The notes under the pieces: model-generated
Told to the model about the DNA's origin: nothing
Databases searched by the model: none
What the model saw: the letters and a program-made list of their open reading frames with translations, nothing else
Part shown: positions 36,308-38,078 of the stretch, in pieces
Layout: every line of letters begins with the position of its first letter
Numbering within the stretch: position 1 is the first letter of the stretch
NCBI GenBank assembly: GCA_046484315.1
Contig: JAWOJC010000067.1
Location: 1-38,078, forward strand
Length of the DNA: 38,078 nucleotides
Direction: 5' to 3'
Source of the DNA: Smithellaceae bacterium
GTDB lineage: Bacteria > Desulfobacterota > Syntrophia > Syntrophales > Smithellaceae
Made by a program: the position numbers and the translations under genes

Positions 36308-36958
36308 TTACAGATGTTCCGGCTCGAAGGTGACAACGTCGTCGATGCAGTCGGTATCCGCCACAAGCATTGCCAGGCGGTCGATGCCGAGCGCGATGCC
36401 GGCGGCCGGCGGCATGCTCGCAAGGGCCGTCAGAAACTTCTCGGGCATGTCGTAGCGTGACCAGTTCTTTTTCGAGCGGGCCGTTTGCGCCTCTTCAAAA
36501 CGACGGCGCTGCTCATCCACGCCAGTGAGTTCCGAAAAACCGTTGGCGATCTCCATCCCGCCGATGTAGAGCTCGAATCGTTCCGCCACGGCGGGGTCAC
36601 TTTTTTTGATTTTAGACAGGGCGGCCAGTTTTGCCGGATAATCATAGAGAAAGGCAGGGCGGTTGACTCCGAGATGAGGCTCAACCTGCTGTGTCAGTAT
36701 TTCATCGAAGCGGTCTGTTTCCATGGCTTGTGTCAACGAAACGGATGCGTATTGAGAAAAGGCTTCGGCAACGGTGATTCTTTCCCAAGGGGCTGGTAGA
36801 TGAATGGCGGGCTTTGTTTGCCAGACGAGATCCCGGCCGCACTCCATCTCTTGAAAAACAGCGATAAGTAATGCCTCGCACTGATCCATCAGGCGATGAT
36901 AGTCAAAGCCCGCCACATACCACTCAAGCAGCGTGAATTCCGGCAGATGCCGGTCTCC
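36308..36958 (-). pseudogene. epmA: 5'-truncated EF-P lysine aminoacylase (EpmA/GenX/PoxA); only the C-terminal ~216 codons are present
   Basis: From GDRHLPEFTLLEWY onward, the ORF is colinear with E. coli EpmA from about GRYHNPEFTMLEWY to its end (ERFELYIGGMEIANGFSEL, GIALGIDRLAML). The 49 codons upstream within ORF 36308..37105 are Arg/Gly-rich nonsense. They are simply the -1 frame of the Hint ORF. Confidence 0.8.
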
Positions 36959-37551
36959 ACTACCTGGTAGCGCTCGATGACCGGACGGCTCACCAGGGCC
37001 TCGCAACCGATATCGTAAGTGAGAACGCGGTCGCCGGGAACGACCTCCAGAATAGGCTTTAAGGACCCGTTTTCCATTTTGACACGCATCTCCGCGGGGA
37101 AGCATCCCGTTGACTGGGAAAGGATCTGCTGTTTTTCCTTTTCGATTTTGGCCAGCTGATTTTCGAGCTGTTGGATTTCCTTCTCGGCGGCCGCGGCCTG
37201 GGCATACCCCAGGTCGGACTCCTCCTCGGCAGTGGGATGGCCGTCCAGCTTGACGGCCCCGAAGGTGTTGACGTGTTGCACCTGTTTGATCACGCCGATT
37301 TGACGCTGCTCTATCTCATATTTCTTGAGGCCCTGGATGCGCGATTTAAGGTTGGCGCTATCCCGCTCCAGTTCGTCGATGGATCGCGCGGGCGGCTGTG
37401 GGATGGCGGCTTTGGGTGCCGGGGGCGCTTGATTTCCGGCACTCGACGGGCCGTCAACCGAAAAAAAAACGCATCCCTGTTGGGGAAGAACGAGCGCCGA
37501 AAGGAGCGCCAGCGCAGATACCATGGGTGACAGCAATCGCATGCGTTTCAT
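36889..37551 (-). CDS. Secreted coiled-coil protein ending in a truncated N-terminal Hint (intein/pretoxin-HINT-like) segment
   Basis: 220 aa with GAGG 6 nt upstream of the ATG at 37551. It has a signal peptide (MKRMRLLSPMVSALALLSALVLPQQGC; the lipobox is non-canonical), a Pro-rich linker and a coiled coil. This is followed by GCFPAEMRVKMENGSLKPILEVVPGDRVLTYD...SRPVIERY, the classic start of a Hint fold. About 50 aa later the sequence becomes out-of-frame epmA and stops. Confidence 0.7.
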   Translation of the reverse strand: MKRMRLLSPMVSALALLSALVLPQQGCVFFSVDGPSSAGNQAPPAPKAAIPQPPARSIDELERDSANLKSRIQGLKKYEIEQRQIGVIKQVQHVNTFGAVKLDGHPTAEEESDLGYAQAAAAEKEIQQLENQLAKIEKEKQQILSQSTGCFPAEMRVKMENGSLKPILEVVPGDRVLTYDIGCEALVSRPVIERYQVVETGICRNSRCLSGMWRALTIIA

Positions 37552-37895
37552 GAGTGACCTCGACTGGGGTAGCGGAATTGAATCCTGGCCGATGGCTTTC
37601 CCGGCGCAACGGCGCGGCCTCCTTCATATGGCGACGAGCCTTTTACTACAACCGTCTCATCCTTGTCAAAGTAAAATCAGGTAATGATGATGGGGTGCCC
37701 CATTCCTTGCTGTAGAAATCAATTATGGTGAATCCTCTCATCAATGCAGATGCCATGATATACCGCCGTGTTCGTGCGACGGCGGGGACGGGCTTTGGTT
37801 TTGTGATTATGCGCCACTCCATTTAAGAAATGCCGTCTTGTCGGGCCGGTTCTGCGGATACCTCCCTCGACCTGCGTTTGACCCATGCCGTCACG

Positions 37896-38078
37896 CTACC
37901 GCTTCCGGATCGCCGTCTGCTCCGGAAGACCGGCCGGGTTTACCATTCCCGTCGTTCCAGCCTGCTGGTGCTGCTCGATCAGGGCACAGACTCTGGTGTG
38001 TTTGCGCTGGCTTTTTATCCGGTACATGTCACGGTCGGCAACCTTGACAAGGTCCTCCGCGGCCTGGGCATCCCGGGG
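37896..38078 (-). CDS. C-terminal end of a probable GGDEF-domain (diguanylate cyclase-like) protein; the 5' part is outside the window
   Basis: Not in the ORF track. Minus-strand translation from the window edge gives PRDAQAAEDLVKVADRDMYRIKSQRKH...IRKR, with a stop (TAG) at 37898-37896. AD.(D/A)MYR.K is the typical last helix of GGDEF domains. Only 60 codons are visible. Confidence 0.5.
   Translation of the reverse strand, partial: PRDAQAAEDLVKVADRDMYRIKSQRKHTRVCALIEQHQQAGTTGMVNPAGLPEQTAIRKR

Noticed and set aside
36889-37105. A programmed -1 ribosomal frameshift fusing the Hint ORF to the epmA frame.
   Set aside because: No X XXY YYZ slippery heptamer or downstream structure is visible in the overlap. 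The fusion product, an exported coiled coil joined to a partial aaRS-like core, makes no biochemical sense.
36308-37551. A genuine intein inserted in epmA.
   Set aside because: The sequence N-terminal to the Hint Cys is a signal peptide and coiled coil, not the EpmA N-extein. The Hint segment is only about 50 aa, with no C-terminal splicing block (HN plus nucleophile). The downstream EpmA part is also out of frame.
1-38078. CRISPR arrays, tRNA/rRNA genes, transposases, integrases and prophage genes.
   Set aside because: I scanned all intergenic gaps over 70 nt and the ORF list. I found no repeat-spacer periodicity, no T-loop/cloverleaf candidates, and no recombinase-like ORFs.

Overview
This 38-kb window looks like a mostly housekeeping chromosomal segment. 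The gene content suggests a Desulfobacterota/deltaproteobacterium-like organism, but that is inference only. I support about 39 protein-coding features. They include purD, two tandem CNNM/CorC transporters, a stand-alone GlmU-type uridyltransferase and dusB. Next come zapB-zapA followed by a candidate 6S RNA, then rny-ymdB-tyrS and a radical-SAM/DUF2007/small-membrane-protein trio. A compact exosortase-prsK-prsR operon follows, then a tungsten-type aldehyde:ferredoxin oxidoreductase and a patatin gene. After that come rplM-rpsI, argC, cysS, an S41 protease/YibQ/TPR/LolB-like envelope block and two tandem SDR genes. The window ends with a complete tolQRAB-pal-cpoB cluster. Two edge-truncated genes are absent from the ORF track and were found by direct translation: purD (1..1026, minus) and the C-terminus of a GGDEF-type protein (37896..38078, minus). 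The most unusual locus is 36308..37551 on the minus strand. A signal-peptide/coiled-coil protein ends in only about 50 aa of a Hint (intein/pretoxin-like) domain. That fragment abuts, out of frame, an epmA gene lacking roughly its first 105 codons. This looks like a deletion or recombination scar, possibly a lost polymorphic-toxin tip, or an assembly chimera. No CRISPR array, tRNA, rRNA, transposase or integrase was seen.
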